Shown piece by piece: positions 40,275-50,451 of a stretch of 64,000 nt of DNA. The DNA lies in IMG/VR virus record IMGVR_UViG_3300021467_000006, positions 1 through 64,000 of that record. The stretch is one strand, 5' to 3'. This DNA comes from a virus. The notes beneath the pieces were generated by a model. It was not told the origin of the DNA. It did not search any database and saw nothing but the letters and a program-made list of their open reading frames with translations. Both the position numbers and the translations under genes were made by a program. Numbering within the stretch: position 1 is the stretch's first letter; each line of letters opens with the position of its first letter.

Positions 40275-41726
40275 ATGTTTTCCAAAACCCATGAAGGTGG
40301 AACTCAGTATCCCTTCTCTTTAGATCATCATTTAGAATTCTTCTCTAAAGCAGGCTCCCTTTTTAAGAAAAGAGAATCTTTTTATGGATCTGAAGAATCA
40401 GCTCTTTCTCTTTTCCAGAAAATGTGGGTAGTAGATGAAGAGTTATCTATGAAACTGCTCTTTTGGCTGAGAGATTGCAGAGGTGGAGCTGGAAATAGAT
40501 CCGGTTTTAGAGAATGTATCAATTGGTTAGCTACCTATGATCCTAGCCTGCCTTTTGATTTTCCAAATTACAAATGGGTAAAAGCCAACTTACATCTAAT
40601 CCCAAAGTATGGAAGATGGGATGACTTGAAGGCTTTATTTGGAACTACTTTGGAAGAGAAAGCTGCAAAATTCTGGGCTGAAGCTTTAAAGAAAAGAGAC
40701 ATTCTTGCAGCTAAATGGGCTAAAAGGCATTATAAGCCTCTTCAAAAAGCATTAAATACCAACGAAGCTAGATTAAGGAAGATGCTTTCTAGAATTAGAA
40801 AGAATCATATAGTTGAGTACAAATTGTGCTCTAATCTCTGGAAAGAGATTGAATATCCTAAAGTACCTTCTGTAGCAATGGCAAGATATACAAATGCTTT
40901 TGCCAGGCATGATGAAGAAGGCTTCAGGAAATTCAAAGAAGACTTAAGAAAAGGAAAGGTAGAAATCAAAGCTTCTGTACTTTTCCCCCACGATTGCGTC
41001 AGAACTGTAAGAAGTGGAGACGCAGAAATAGCAGATGCTCAGTTTGAAGCTCTTCCTAATTATCTGGATGGTAATAAAGAGCGTATTATCGTAATTTCTG
41101 ATACTTCAGGATCTATGAGTATTCGAGTATCTGGTTCTGTCAGGGCTGTAGATATCTCTATTGGAATGGCATTGTATTGCTCTGCCAAGATTCCTAAAGA
41201 TAATCCTTTCCATAAGAAATTCATTGCATTCTGCTCTGAAGGTAGTTTTAAGGATTGGAATGGAATGAAATTTTCAGAAGCAGTAACAAGTGGAGAGATA
41301 TTTGATGGTGCCATAGGTGGAACTAGAATTGATAAAGCTCTTGATTTGATACTCAAAACAGCAAGATTCTTCAATCTCACTAATGAGCAAATGCCTACTT
41401 GCTTGCTTATTGTTTCGGATATGCAATTTCATGAAGGTTTATCACAATGGAATTGGGGCAAAAAAGACTTCACTCCCGAATTAGTACAAACAGAAGTCAA
41501 TAAAGCACTAAAGAGATGGGATAAAGCTGGGTATAAAAGACCTAAGATAATCTACTGGAATACCGCTGGTTATGCTGGGTCTCCAGAAACAGTCAGAGCT
41601 GAAAATACAGCTTTGGTATCTGGTTTTAGTCCATCTATACTTAAAGCTATTTTCTCTGCTTCAGAATTCACACCTTATACAATTATGTTAGAAGCTATCA
41701 AGAAGTATAAAATCAATAAACCTTAA
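40275..41726 (+). CDS. DUF2828-type protein (TROVE/Ro60-like helical domain plus vWA domain)
   Basis: LRDCRGGAG, YGRWDDL, LAAKW, VPSVAM and LFPHD motifs; vWA MIDAS DTSGSM, SDMQF, WN and VSGFSP. Confidence 0.85.
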   Translation: MFSKTHEGGTQYPFSLDHHLEFFSKAGSLFKKRESFYGSEESALSLFQKMWVVDEELSMKLLFWLRDCRGGAGNRSGFRECINWLATYDPSLPFDFPNYKWVKANLHLIPKYGRWDDLKALFGTTLEEKAAKFWAEALKKRDILAAKWAKRHYKPLQKALNTNEARLRKMLSRIRKNHIVEYKLCSNLWKEIEYPKVPSVAMARYTNAFARHDEEGFRKFKEDLRKGKVEIKASVLFPHDCVRTVRSGDAEIADAQFEALPNYLDGNKERIIVISDTSGSMSIRVSGSVRAVDISIGMALYCSAKIPKDNPFHKKFIAFCSEGSFKDWNGMKFSEAVTSGEIFDGAIGGTRIDKALDLILKTARFFNLTNEQMPTCLLIVSDMQFHEGLSQWNWGKKDFTPELVQTEVNKALKRWDKAGYKRPKIIYWNTAGYAGSPETVRAENTALVSGFSPSILKAIFSASEFTPYTIMLEAIKKYKINKP

Positions 41727-41727
41727 C

Positions 41728-41754
41728 AAAAGGCGGGTTAAATCCCGCCTTTTT
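41728..41754 (+). terminator. rho-independent terminator (possibly bidirectional)
   Basis: AAAAGGCGGG/CCCGCCTTTTT. Confidence 0.85.
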
Positions 41755-42282
41755 AATATAAGGAGAATTGAATATGCTCTCGTATAAAACTCTGGATAGA
41801 ATAGAAGAATATACCTCTTTATTTTCTCTCATAATCATAACAATAGCGACTATGGCAATTATGGTTTGTTTAATAACAATAACCATGAATGCCATCTGCA
41901 AGATAACTTCTACTCCTATACAGATAATCCTAATAATAGCCATAATATTAGATATAGTAGTTATCCTATTAAAATACATAATAAATACAATATTGGATAT
42001 TTTATTTATGAAGAAAACAACTAAAATAATCGAGGGAGGAAATAATAAAGATGTCATTATCTTTAGGAAACCAGGTAGAAACAATATCGAAGCTATTCAT
42101 TCTGGAAAGAAACAAAGAAAATTTCAAGAAAGCAACAACACTTAAAATAGTGGGATATGATATATCTGGAGCACAAATAGCAGGTTTTGAGATACCTAAA
42201 GAAAACACAGACAAAGTTAAAACTTTAATAATAGAAGAAATGGAATCGCAGATAAAAATTTTAAAAGAGATCAGGAGTAACA

Positions 42283-42828
42283 ATGAGACCAAGTTGGCAT
42301 GAATATTTTATGTTAATAGCAAAAGTAGTCGCTACCCGATCTACATGCAATTCCCGTCCAATTGGAGCTGTTATAGTAAAAGATAACCGTATTCTAGCTA
42401 CTGGCTACAACGGAGCTATTCCTAAAGCAACTCATTGTACAAGTCTGTTGATGGGCAAAGAGCCTTTCTGCATGAGAAGATATATGAAAGCTGAAGAACA
42501 CAGCAAAATGGATTATTGCGTAGCTGTTCATGCAGAGGCTAATGCTGTGGCTCAAGCTGCAAAGATGGGAACAAGTATAGAGGGAGCTTCTATTTATTGC
42601 ACAGTTTCTCCTTGTTATTCATGTTTCAAATTATTAGCTTCTGCAGGTATAAAAAACATATTTTATGAATTGGGATATTCATCTAAGGACAAAAAAAGAG
42701 ATAAATTCTGGAAGGAACAAATTAAGAAATCAGGAATAAATATGAAGCAAATAACAATTAATGAAAATTCTATGAAATATATGTTGGAGATGATTCAGGG
42801 AATAACATCATTAAGAAGGTTTAAATGA
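42283..42828 (+). CDS. dCMP deaminase (ComEB-like)
   Basis: RSTC, TGYNG, HAEANA and PCYSC zinc motifs. Confidence 0.92.
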   Translation: MRPSWHEYFMLIAKVVATRSTCNSRPIGAVIVKDNRILATGYNGAIPKATHCTSLLMGKEPFCMRRYMKAEEHSKMDYCVAVHAEANAVAQAAKMGTSIEGASIYCTVSPCYSCFKLLASAGIKNIFYELGYSSKDKKRDKFWKEQIKKSGINMKQITINENSMKYMLEMIQGITSLRRFK

Positions 42829-43231
42829 GGAGGAGACAAAATGGATGAATTGCAAGAAAAAATAACAATAGAAATCCCAGAAACTGCTTTTATAGAATTA
42901 ATTTTAGGTTATGTAAGAGAAAAGATGGAAATAAATATAGAAGATCCAGAAATAGAAATAAGATATTCTAAAGGATTAAATAATCCAGGAAATATGATTG
43001 TTTCAGTCCACGGTAAGGCCATCAAAAGGAACCTATAAATGAGATATTTTTCTTGTAGAGATCTGCTATCTGGAAATATTAGTTCTCTTAAGGTTGGTGA
43101 CAGAATAGTAGGTATTGGATTTGTTCAAACAGAAAGAGAAGCACAATTGATAAAAGATCTCTGCAAAACTATAAAAAATTGTCATGATAAAACATGGAGT
43201 AAAAATATAAAAAGGAAGAGAAGAGGCTGTT

Positions 43232-43588
43232 ATGAATATTAAGAAAATCATAAAAAAACATTATAACTTCTATAAAAAACCTCAATTAATTCAACTTGTA
43301 CCTACTTTAGAGATTCATATTGGATATGGATTGAATTTAACAAAAACAGGAATAGACAGAGATATAGCTGAAGAATTATTAAGCAGGGAAATTACAAAAA
43401 TATGGAGGCATCTAAGAGCTAAATATAATTGGTGGGAAGATTTAGATCATGATACTCAAACAAAGCTCTTATTCATAGTTTATGATTCTTATGGTTATGA
43501 TTTAAATGAGGAAATAATAGATTCTATAGAGAAAGGAGAATTGGATATAATTGATAACATTTTCAACCAGATTTTAGAAGGAGCTTGA
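43232..43588 (+). CDS. truncated/degenerate GH24 lysozyme-like protein
   Basis: IGYGLNL..GIDRDIAEELL..WWEDL resembles the phage lysozyme N-lobe; catalytic Glu region absent. Confidence 0.45.
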   Translation: MNIKKIIKKHYNFYKKPQLIQLVPTLEIHIGYGLNLTKTGIDRDIAEELLSREITKIWRHLRAKYNWWEDLDHDTQTKLLFIVYDSYGYDLNEEIIDSIEKGELDIIDNIFNQILEGA

Positions 43589-43589
43589 A

Positions 43590-43946
43590 ATGATGACTCT
43601 ACACAGACTTCCTCTAAATTGTTTCACTAAAAGAAGTAACCTCTTAAGCAGTTTGAATTATTGTAACAGGTTTATGGATTATTTAGTAGACGTTCTGGAT
43701 GTTACAGAAATAGGAAGGATAGCACATTTAATTGGCGGTGCAAGCTGGAATGGTAAAGAACCAGGAGTATCCATAACCAGCATGTATATAGAAAGCGGGT
43801 CTCAATTACATACATGGCCTGAAAAGAATGAATTCTATCTAGATATAACATCCTGTAAAGAATTTTCCAATGCAGTAGTCATTACTGCTGTAGAAAACTT
43901 CTTTGATGCGGAGGTGACAGAATTGTGCGTTATATTGAAGGAATAA
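43590..43946 (+). CDS. speD: S-adenosylmethionine decarboxylase-like pyruvoyl enzyme
   Basis: GVS...IES-GSQLHTWPE...LDITSCKEF. Confidence 0.8.
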   Translation: MMTLHRLPLNCFTKRSNLLSSLNYCNRFMDYLVDVLDVTEIGRIAHLIGGASWNGKEPGVSITSMYIESGSQLHTWPEKNEFYLDITSCKEFSNAVVITAVENFFDAEVTELCVILKE

Positions 43947-44335
43947 GAGTTTGGGGAGGTTCTTTTTTAGAATTAGTTCTGAAAGAGAATAACTGGGATT
44001 TGAAGAAAGCTAAAAAGAATTTAGAGAAGGAATATTATGAAACTTCAACTACAAGAATGGCTAAAAGATGGGGTTTTCATTATCAAACAGTATATAACAC
44101 AATAAAGAAACTGGGGATAAAAATAAAGCCCAAAGGATGGGCAGGCACTAAAACCAGATTCCAATTAAAGGTGGAGGAATTTGGTGGTTATGAAAAAATG
44201 ATGGAAAAATTCAAATATGAAAGGTTAGTGGATATTGCAAGGAAGTTAGGCTTTTCAGGTTGCTATACTAAGAATTGCTTATTAAAAGCCGGATATGATT
44301 GGGATAAAAACAAAGGAGAGTGGATAAAGCTATGA
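43925..44335 (+). CDS. double-HTH DNA-binding protein, paralog A
   Basis: TTRMAKRWGFHYQTVYNTIKKLGIKIKPKGW. Confidence 0.7.
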   Translation: MRYIEGIRVWGGSFLELVLKENNWDLKKAKKNLEKEYYETSTTRMAKRWGFHYQTVYNTIKKLGIKIKPKGWAGTKTRFQLKVEEFGGYEKMMEKFKYERLVDIARKLGFSGCYTKNCLLKAGYDWDKNKGEWIKL

Positions 44336-44727
44336 TAGAAATAAAAAACGGTACTTTCCTTAAATTAGCGTTGGAAGAATGTGGCAATGATTTAGAAGCT
44401 CTCAAAGAAAGATTAAGCAAAGAATATGACAAATATGGAACTACAAAAATGGCTGAAAAGTGGGGATATCATCCAAATACTATATGGATGGCCTTGAAAA
44501 GATTAGGAATAAAAATAAAGGAAAAGGGATGGCAGGAATACCATGAAACACGTATGAAAAAAGCATTAAAAGAAATTGGAGGCATAGAAACACTGCTTAA
44601 AACAAGAGAGAAGACAAAAGACATAGCTACAAAGATGGGTATTTCTCCGCAGTATTTAAATAATTTTATGTGGAAACATGGTTATAAGAGATCAAGAAGA
44701 GAAAAAAGATGGGTAAAAGCAAGCTAG
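44320..44727 (+). CDS. double-HTH DNA-binding protein, paralog B
   Basis: TTKMAEKWGYHPNTIWMALKRLGIKIKEKGW. Confidence 0.7.
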   Translation: MDKAMIEIKNGTFLKLALEECGNDLEALKERLSKEYDKYGTTKMAEKWGYHPNTIWMALKRLGIKIKEKGWQEYHETRMKKALKEIGGIETLLKTREKTKDIATKMGISPQYLNNFMWKHGYKRSRREKRWVKAS

Positions 44728-44730
44728 GAA

Positions 44731-45054
44731 TTGATAAGGAGGGAAGCAATGGATGATAAGCCACCATTCAAACCGGAGAATAAAAAACTTTACCAAAAAG
44801 CACTGAACAAATGGGGAATGGAATTTCAGTTATTAATGTTGATGGAAGAATGCTCAGAATTGATTACCGCTACTTCAAAGGTCTTTAGATATAATAACCT
44901 GGAGGTAATAGATAGGCTTGCTGAAGAAATAGCTGATGTTGAAATAATGATCGAACAGATAAAATATGCCATTGGCTTACAAGAAGCATGTAGGTTGCAC
45001 AAAGAGAAGAAAATTTACAGACTTTCAAAGCTATTGGAGGAAAGAGATGAATGA
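44731..45054 (+). CDS. MazG-like NTP pyrophosphohydrolase
   Basis: MEECSEL and EEIADV motifs. Confidence 0.85.
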   Translation: MIRREAMDDKPPFKPENKKLYQKALNKWGMEFQLLMLMEECSELITATSKVFRYNNLEVIDRLAEEIADVEIMIEQIKYAIGLQEACRLHKEKKIYRLSKLLEERDE

Positions 45055-45563
45055 ATACTCTACTATGGATAATATGAGTGAAATCATAAAAAAGGGTTTT
45101 AAATCCAAACAAGAAGCGATTAATTACATGGCTGCTTACCCTGAGAAACATATGCCGTCATTCTTTGTTAAGGAAATAAGGGAATATGAACTCTGGGATT
45201 GTTTTGTCAAACAGGCTAAAAAGAAGAAAGATAAAGCGAGGAAAAGAGATGAGTAGTAGTTGGAGAATAATAATTGGAATGTTTCTAATCATGCTGCCTC
45301 TTATGGTTAGTTTGGGATATAGTGTCTGGTCATTGGGTTTAAGACAGACGATTTTAATTATGTTGTTAGTCGTTTCCATATTAGGATGTGTGGGTGGTGG
45401 ACTTTATCTCTTACAAAATGGCAATGAAGAGGAGGGAGAATAAGATGAGTACAGATGATACATACGAGAAAGAAATTAAATATGATAAAGAGAAAGCCAG
45501 AAAGATTCTTATGAAGATATTCGAGTGTAAAGAAACTAATACAAAAAAGGAAGAGGATGAGAA

Positions 45564-45935
45564 ATGAAGAAAATTAAAGATATAGCAATATGGATATTAT
45601 TTCAATTAATAGCAATAACATTGCTTTATTTGGCGGGAGTCAAGGATGTAAAAGGCGCTGAAAATGTCTTAAAATTTATCATAGCTATTAATTGTGTTTT
45701 TTCTATTCTTATCCTTATTTTAGTTACTAAGGAAGATGAGAGAGTTATTTCAACATTAGCTAATAAATATAGAATCCCTTACGCAATTGACATGATTTAC
45801 AGCTTACTTTTTGCATGTGCTTTAGCATGGTTTGGCTATACAGTCTTAGCTATAGTAGATTTTGTAGCTGGCTTAGCCCAAATAGGCACATCTCAAGAAG
45901 TAGAGAAGTTAAAAAAAGGAGAAAAATGTGAATAA
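45564..45935 (+). CDS. membrane protein
   Basis: Several hydrophobic helices. Confidence 0.65.
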   Translation: MKKIKDIAIWILFQLIAITLLYLAGVKDVKGAENVLKFIIAINCVFSILILILVTKEDERVISTLANKYRIPYAIDMIYSLLFACALAWFGYTVLAIVDFVAGLAQIGTSQEVEKLKKGEKCE

Positions 45936-47727
45936 TGAGAATCAATATGAAGCAATAACAGAGACAATTTTGGTAGACATGACAAAAAAAGAAGAAATTT
46001 GGAAGCAAGTTAAACGAATGGAAGAGGTCTTCAACGAACACGAAAAAGTCAACGATGATTATCACATGGCCAGAGCTACAATGCTGGCTAACTTTGGAGA
46101 AAAAGGAAGCATAAGAAAAGGGTTAATCAATTCTAATCAAACATTAACACAAATGATCGTTGAAGCCTTGGGTTGTTTAGTGGAAAAGGTCAATCAATAT
46201 GAAGGGGCTATTATAGAAAAAGAAGAGACAAAAAGATTAATAAAATTGTAATTCCCTTATAATAAAAGAAAGGGGAAAATAAATAAATTCAATTATTGCA
46301 AAGGAGAGGAATGAAATACTTTCTACAACAACTTATAGCACTCCTGCTTATTGATTCTCCAGTACTTGTACTTCTTTATTATGCAATAGCTGAGGAAGTC
46401 CTTATACCTACACGGTTCATGGTTCTTAATTTTGCCATATTAGTCACGTTGGGAATATTTATATATCCTTTTGGAGGGAAGAGATGAGCAGTTTTTTCTG
46501 TGAATATTGTGGGAAGGAAATAATTGACACTGAGAATGGTTATATCACTGGATGTGAACATTATCCAATAGAAGAAAAATCCCAGCAACTAGATCCCAAA
46601 ATGGAGGTATTATTAATAGATATGCAAGAAGCTATAAAACCTAATTTAGAATATAAAATCATAACTGGAAATATTACAAAACTACAAACAATGCTAAATC
46701 AATGGCGTCACATGTATGAATTAAATATCATTCAAATGATACAATATAAACAAGGATTAGCCATTTTATTGACAAGAAGGAGGATTAAATAATGGGTGAA
46801 TACATTATATATCTGAAAGAAGGGGAAGCTATAGATTACAACATGGCCGAGGATGGAAAATATAAACCTGATTATAGAGGAAAAATAGTTGTTCCTTCAG
46901 AAATGAGAAGTGATGGATTATGGCCTGTATATTTCTATAAAAATGGTTCTATGTATGCCTCTATAGATCCCAATCTACTCACCGAATTCATTGAGCCTCT
47001 AATTAAAAAATTAGAAGCGCAAAAAACAGAATATGAACATGAACATAAAATAGAAGAGCTACATAAAAAATTAGAAAAGGAAACCTCTGCAAGCGAAAAT
47101 ATTGCAAAGATACAAGGTTTATTGAGATTATTGGATAAAGTTAATCCAGATGATTTAATACGTCTGAAGAAGGAAGGGATTTTATAAAGGGGTCTAATAA
47201 TGATATTTAGGGGATTAGATATACCATATGGCAAGATTTCTGAGAAAACAAAAATAGATAAGCAATATCTATCAAATCTATTTTTAGATAATTATAAAGG
47301 AGAAATATCTATAATTGAAGATGCAAGCCAAGATAGAATAGAATTAATGGAAATAATCACTCTCCAACCAAGGATAGCTATTAAAAAAGCGATTAACTAT
47401 CCTCTTAATTGGTATGGCAGCCATGCTAAAATAGGTGAAGAAGCTGTAGAAAGATACTATAATGACAATTTATACTTAGTAATAGATCTCTGGATATCTA
47501 AAGAAATAAGAAAAGTTTTCGATAAGTATAAGAAAATCATATTAGCTGATGCTCAAGGAGTTATTGTTAAATATATTAATTACTCATGGGCAGACAAGCA
47601 AATATTAGATTATTGGTGGATTACAATTTCACAACGAGATTATGATTTTTCGCAGTTAAAATCATCTGCAACATATTTTGTAGAAGCAAAATATAAAATA
47701 GGTATTATCTAGATCTATAAAAAAGGA

Positions 47728-48099
47728 TTGGAAATGAAAACATTTACTTGTCTGAAATGTGGAGGAAAATATATTCCAAAACAAGGAACGTTAAAAGACC
47801 TGGAATTCTGCGGGTTTATATTAACAGTAAAAGATGTTGAATATTATGAATGCGAAAAATGTGGTAGGCTACTATTTTCCTCAGAAACTGCTGAAAAGAT
47901 AGAAAAAGAGTTTTCTAAAGTTAAAAAAGAAGAAGGGTGTAAAGCATGTAAATATTCCTATTCTGGTTATTTCAAATACCTTAAAGGAAATGTCTGCATA
48001 CATAACACAATAATAAAATATTACCCCAAAGGAAGGATATTAAATCCTGATTTTAAAATACCTTCTTGGTGTCCACTTTTAAAAGGAGTTAAAACATGA
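47728..48099 (+). CDS. YgiT/MqsA-type zinc-finger protein
   Basis: CLKCGG...VKDVEYYECEKCG..LFS. Confidence 0.7.
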   Translation: MEMKTFTCLKCGGKYIPKQGTLKDLEFCGFILTVKDVEYYECEKCGRLLFSSETAEKIEKEFSKVKKEEGCKACKYSYSGYFKYLKGNVCIHNTIIKYYPKGRILNPDFKIPSWCPLLKGVKT

Positions 48100-49522
48100 A
48101 GATACATCCAAAAGATATGCTATTAGAACCAACAAACAATGAAGATCTTTTAAAATATCCCAGAGATATGATGGAAATTGAAGAAGAAGCCCGAAAAGCC
48201 TTTAAAGCTAAAGAGCTGAGAGAAGAATATCTCGAATCTATCAAAAATAAAAAAGAAAGAAGAATAGTTCTGCAGAAGGAAAGGACATTGGAAGATGTAT
48301 TATTAAGCGTAACAAAACTATATCCAAACGGTTGTACTGTTAATTTCATAATAGAGGGAAGGAAGGTATATATTAAATATGGTTGTCATGGTTTTACAGC
48401 TTTCTTTTCTTTTAGTGGTGATGAGAAATTATTTATTGATTGGTTCGAAGAAAATAAAGACGATAAAGAAAGGGTTAGGGTAGATCATATAATACATCCT
48501 AAAATCTTAGCAGAACTTAGAAAGAGAGTATATCAATGCCCTATATGTGGAGGGGAAATATATTCAATGTAAAAGTAACTGATTAAAAAGGAGTATAAAA
48601 TGCGTAAACCTTGTGCTTTCAACAGGAATTCTTACTTGATACATGTTTCGGATTTTGAAAAACTTTTGGTTTCAGAAGCAGATATCGAATTGAAAGAATT
48701 CGATTATAATCCAAAAGATCTTGCTCTGGAATTGGCTTATACAAGATATCTGCTAGCAAAAGCTGAAAAGGAACTTGGTAAGAAACTAGATTTTGACGAA
48801 TCTTATCCCATAAGGAACAAATCAGGCAAAAGGGGAAGAGAGGAAGTAGATGTTGAAATACCTAACTCAGATGTAGTTGTTAAGATAACCTCTGAAGGCA
48901 ATGGGATAATGTGGGAATGGAAAAATATAGAAAATATCAAATTGACTTTCCATAGAAGCGAATGGCCTTTGCATCCACGTTCTGAGTTCTCTTTTGAAGA
49001 ATTACGGGAAATATCGCTTACATCAGCTTATATTGTTGTTGAGTTCTTTGAGCCTCATTAATAGGATGAATTATGTTTATATTAAAATTATTTTGTATTT
49101 TATTATGGGCATTTATATGTATCTTTAAACTCTGTATTATAGTTATTGTAGCGGTGTGTGTAGCAATTGGAGTTATTGGAATACGAGGATAGTGAATGAT
49201 GGAATCTAATACCATTTTAGATTGTTTATTATCGGTATTTATGCAGCTATTGGGGATAGAAATATGAATAAGGAATTAATAAAATGGACTTGCAAATATT
49301 GCTCTGCATATTTTGAATTTTATATGCATAAAAATTCAGATCAACCCCGTATTATCTCTGAAGATAGAATAATGATTCGGGAAACTACATTGTATTGCCC
49401 TTGGTGTGGAACACCTGTAAAAATAAGAGGAAAAATAGCTAAAATAATTATGGAAGATGCAAAATCTAAATTTATTGTTTCATAAAAATAAACCATTCAT
49501 TAATATCGTTATTTCATAACAG

Positions 49523-49958
49523 GCATAACGCCTAATATATAAAAAATCATAATAATATCATAATAACTATACATTACTCCATATATCCCCTTATTATCAC
49601 TCTTAGCTCTTAACACCCTAACCTGTAGTTATCTAACATCATCCTATATGTTATCATTCTAACTGTTATCATGTTATCATATTTCATAATTTTTCATAAT
49701 AACCCTATATCTTCACTGGTGGTGAATTAGAGAATTATCCCCCCTATATATGCTACTATATAGGGGGAGATTATTATAGCCTTATAGTAGCATATATAAG
49801 GGGGATAATTCTTTAATAATAAAAATCATAATAATTATTATGAAAAATATATATTAGACGTTATGTCGGGAATGATATAAGTGTTTTCTATATTAACTAA
49901 AAAATCATAATAAAAATTATGAAATTTATTGTTATGAAAATCATAATAATTATTATGA
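49523..49958. repeat. nested inverted-repeat region at the junction of the convergent gene blocks
   Basis: 30-bp arms 49731-49760/49783-49812 (one mismatch); outer imperfect arms about 49523-49556/49834-49866; palindromes at 49826, 49905 and 49941. Confidence 0.8.
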
Positions 49959-49983
49959 AAAAATTATGATGGTTTTTCTTCAC

Positions 49984-50202
49984 TGTATGGAGCCATCGTC
50001 GAATCAGCATTTAAGCGCTGGACTGGGGTGGTGTGGCCTCCCAGGTCTGGCTTTACAGGCCATTCGCTGTTGCATATCCCCCAACAGCGAATCCCCAGCC
50101 TATCCCCTGCCTTTCGGCACCAGGACGGGGTGCCCTCTTAAAGGGCAAATCTGGGCAGCGCCACTTTTACAGCGAGGAGACGCCAGCCTCGGCTCATATA
50201 CA
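49984..50202. ncRNA. candidate ~220-nt multi-branched structured RNA
   Basis: GC-rich island with at least seven nested helices. Confidence 0.55.
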
Positions 50203-50451
50203 TCCATATCCTATAAAAATACAGATGTATCCTCAGAGCCTTTAGAGGGGATACCAGATGACGGGATATGTGTAGAAAAAAGAAAACCCCCTAAGTGAGT
50301 GATGCTTAGAGGGCTATAAGAAGGAATAGCACAAAAACTCAGTTTATCTGAGTTATTGTCGTTTATATAACTTGTCATTTCTTCACTCATAATTGCTATT
50401 CCTTCCTTGTTTATTACTTCAATAATTGCTTAACATATTAATTTATAAGAG

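Noticed and set aside
49995-50010. GATTCGACG on the minus strand resembling the tmRNA 5' motif
   Set aside because: No GGGG acceptor strand, T arm/CCA end or tag reading frame
49966-50298. Overlapping ORFs 49966-50298 and 50033-50245
   Set aside because: Composition is unlike other genes and there is no RBS; open frames are expected in a GC-rich structured island
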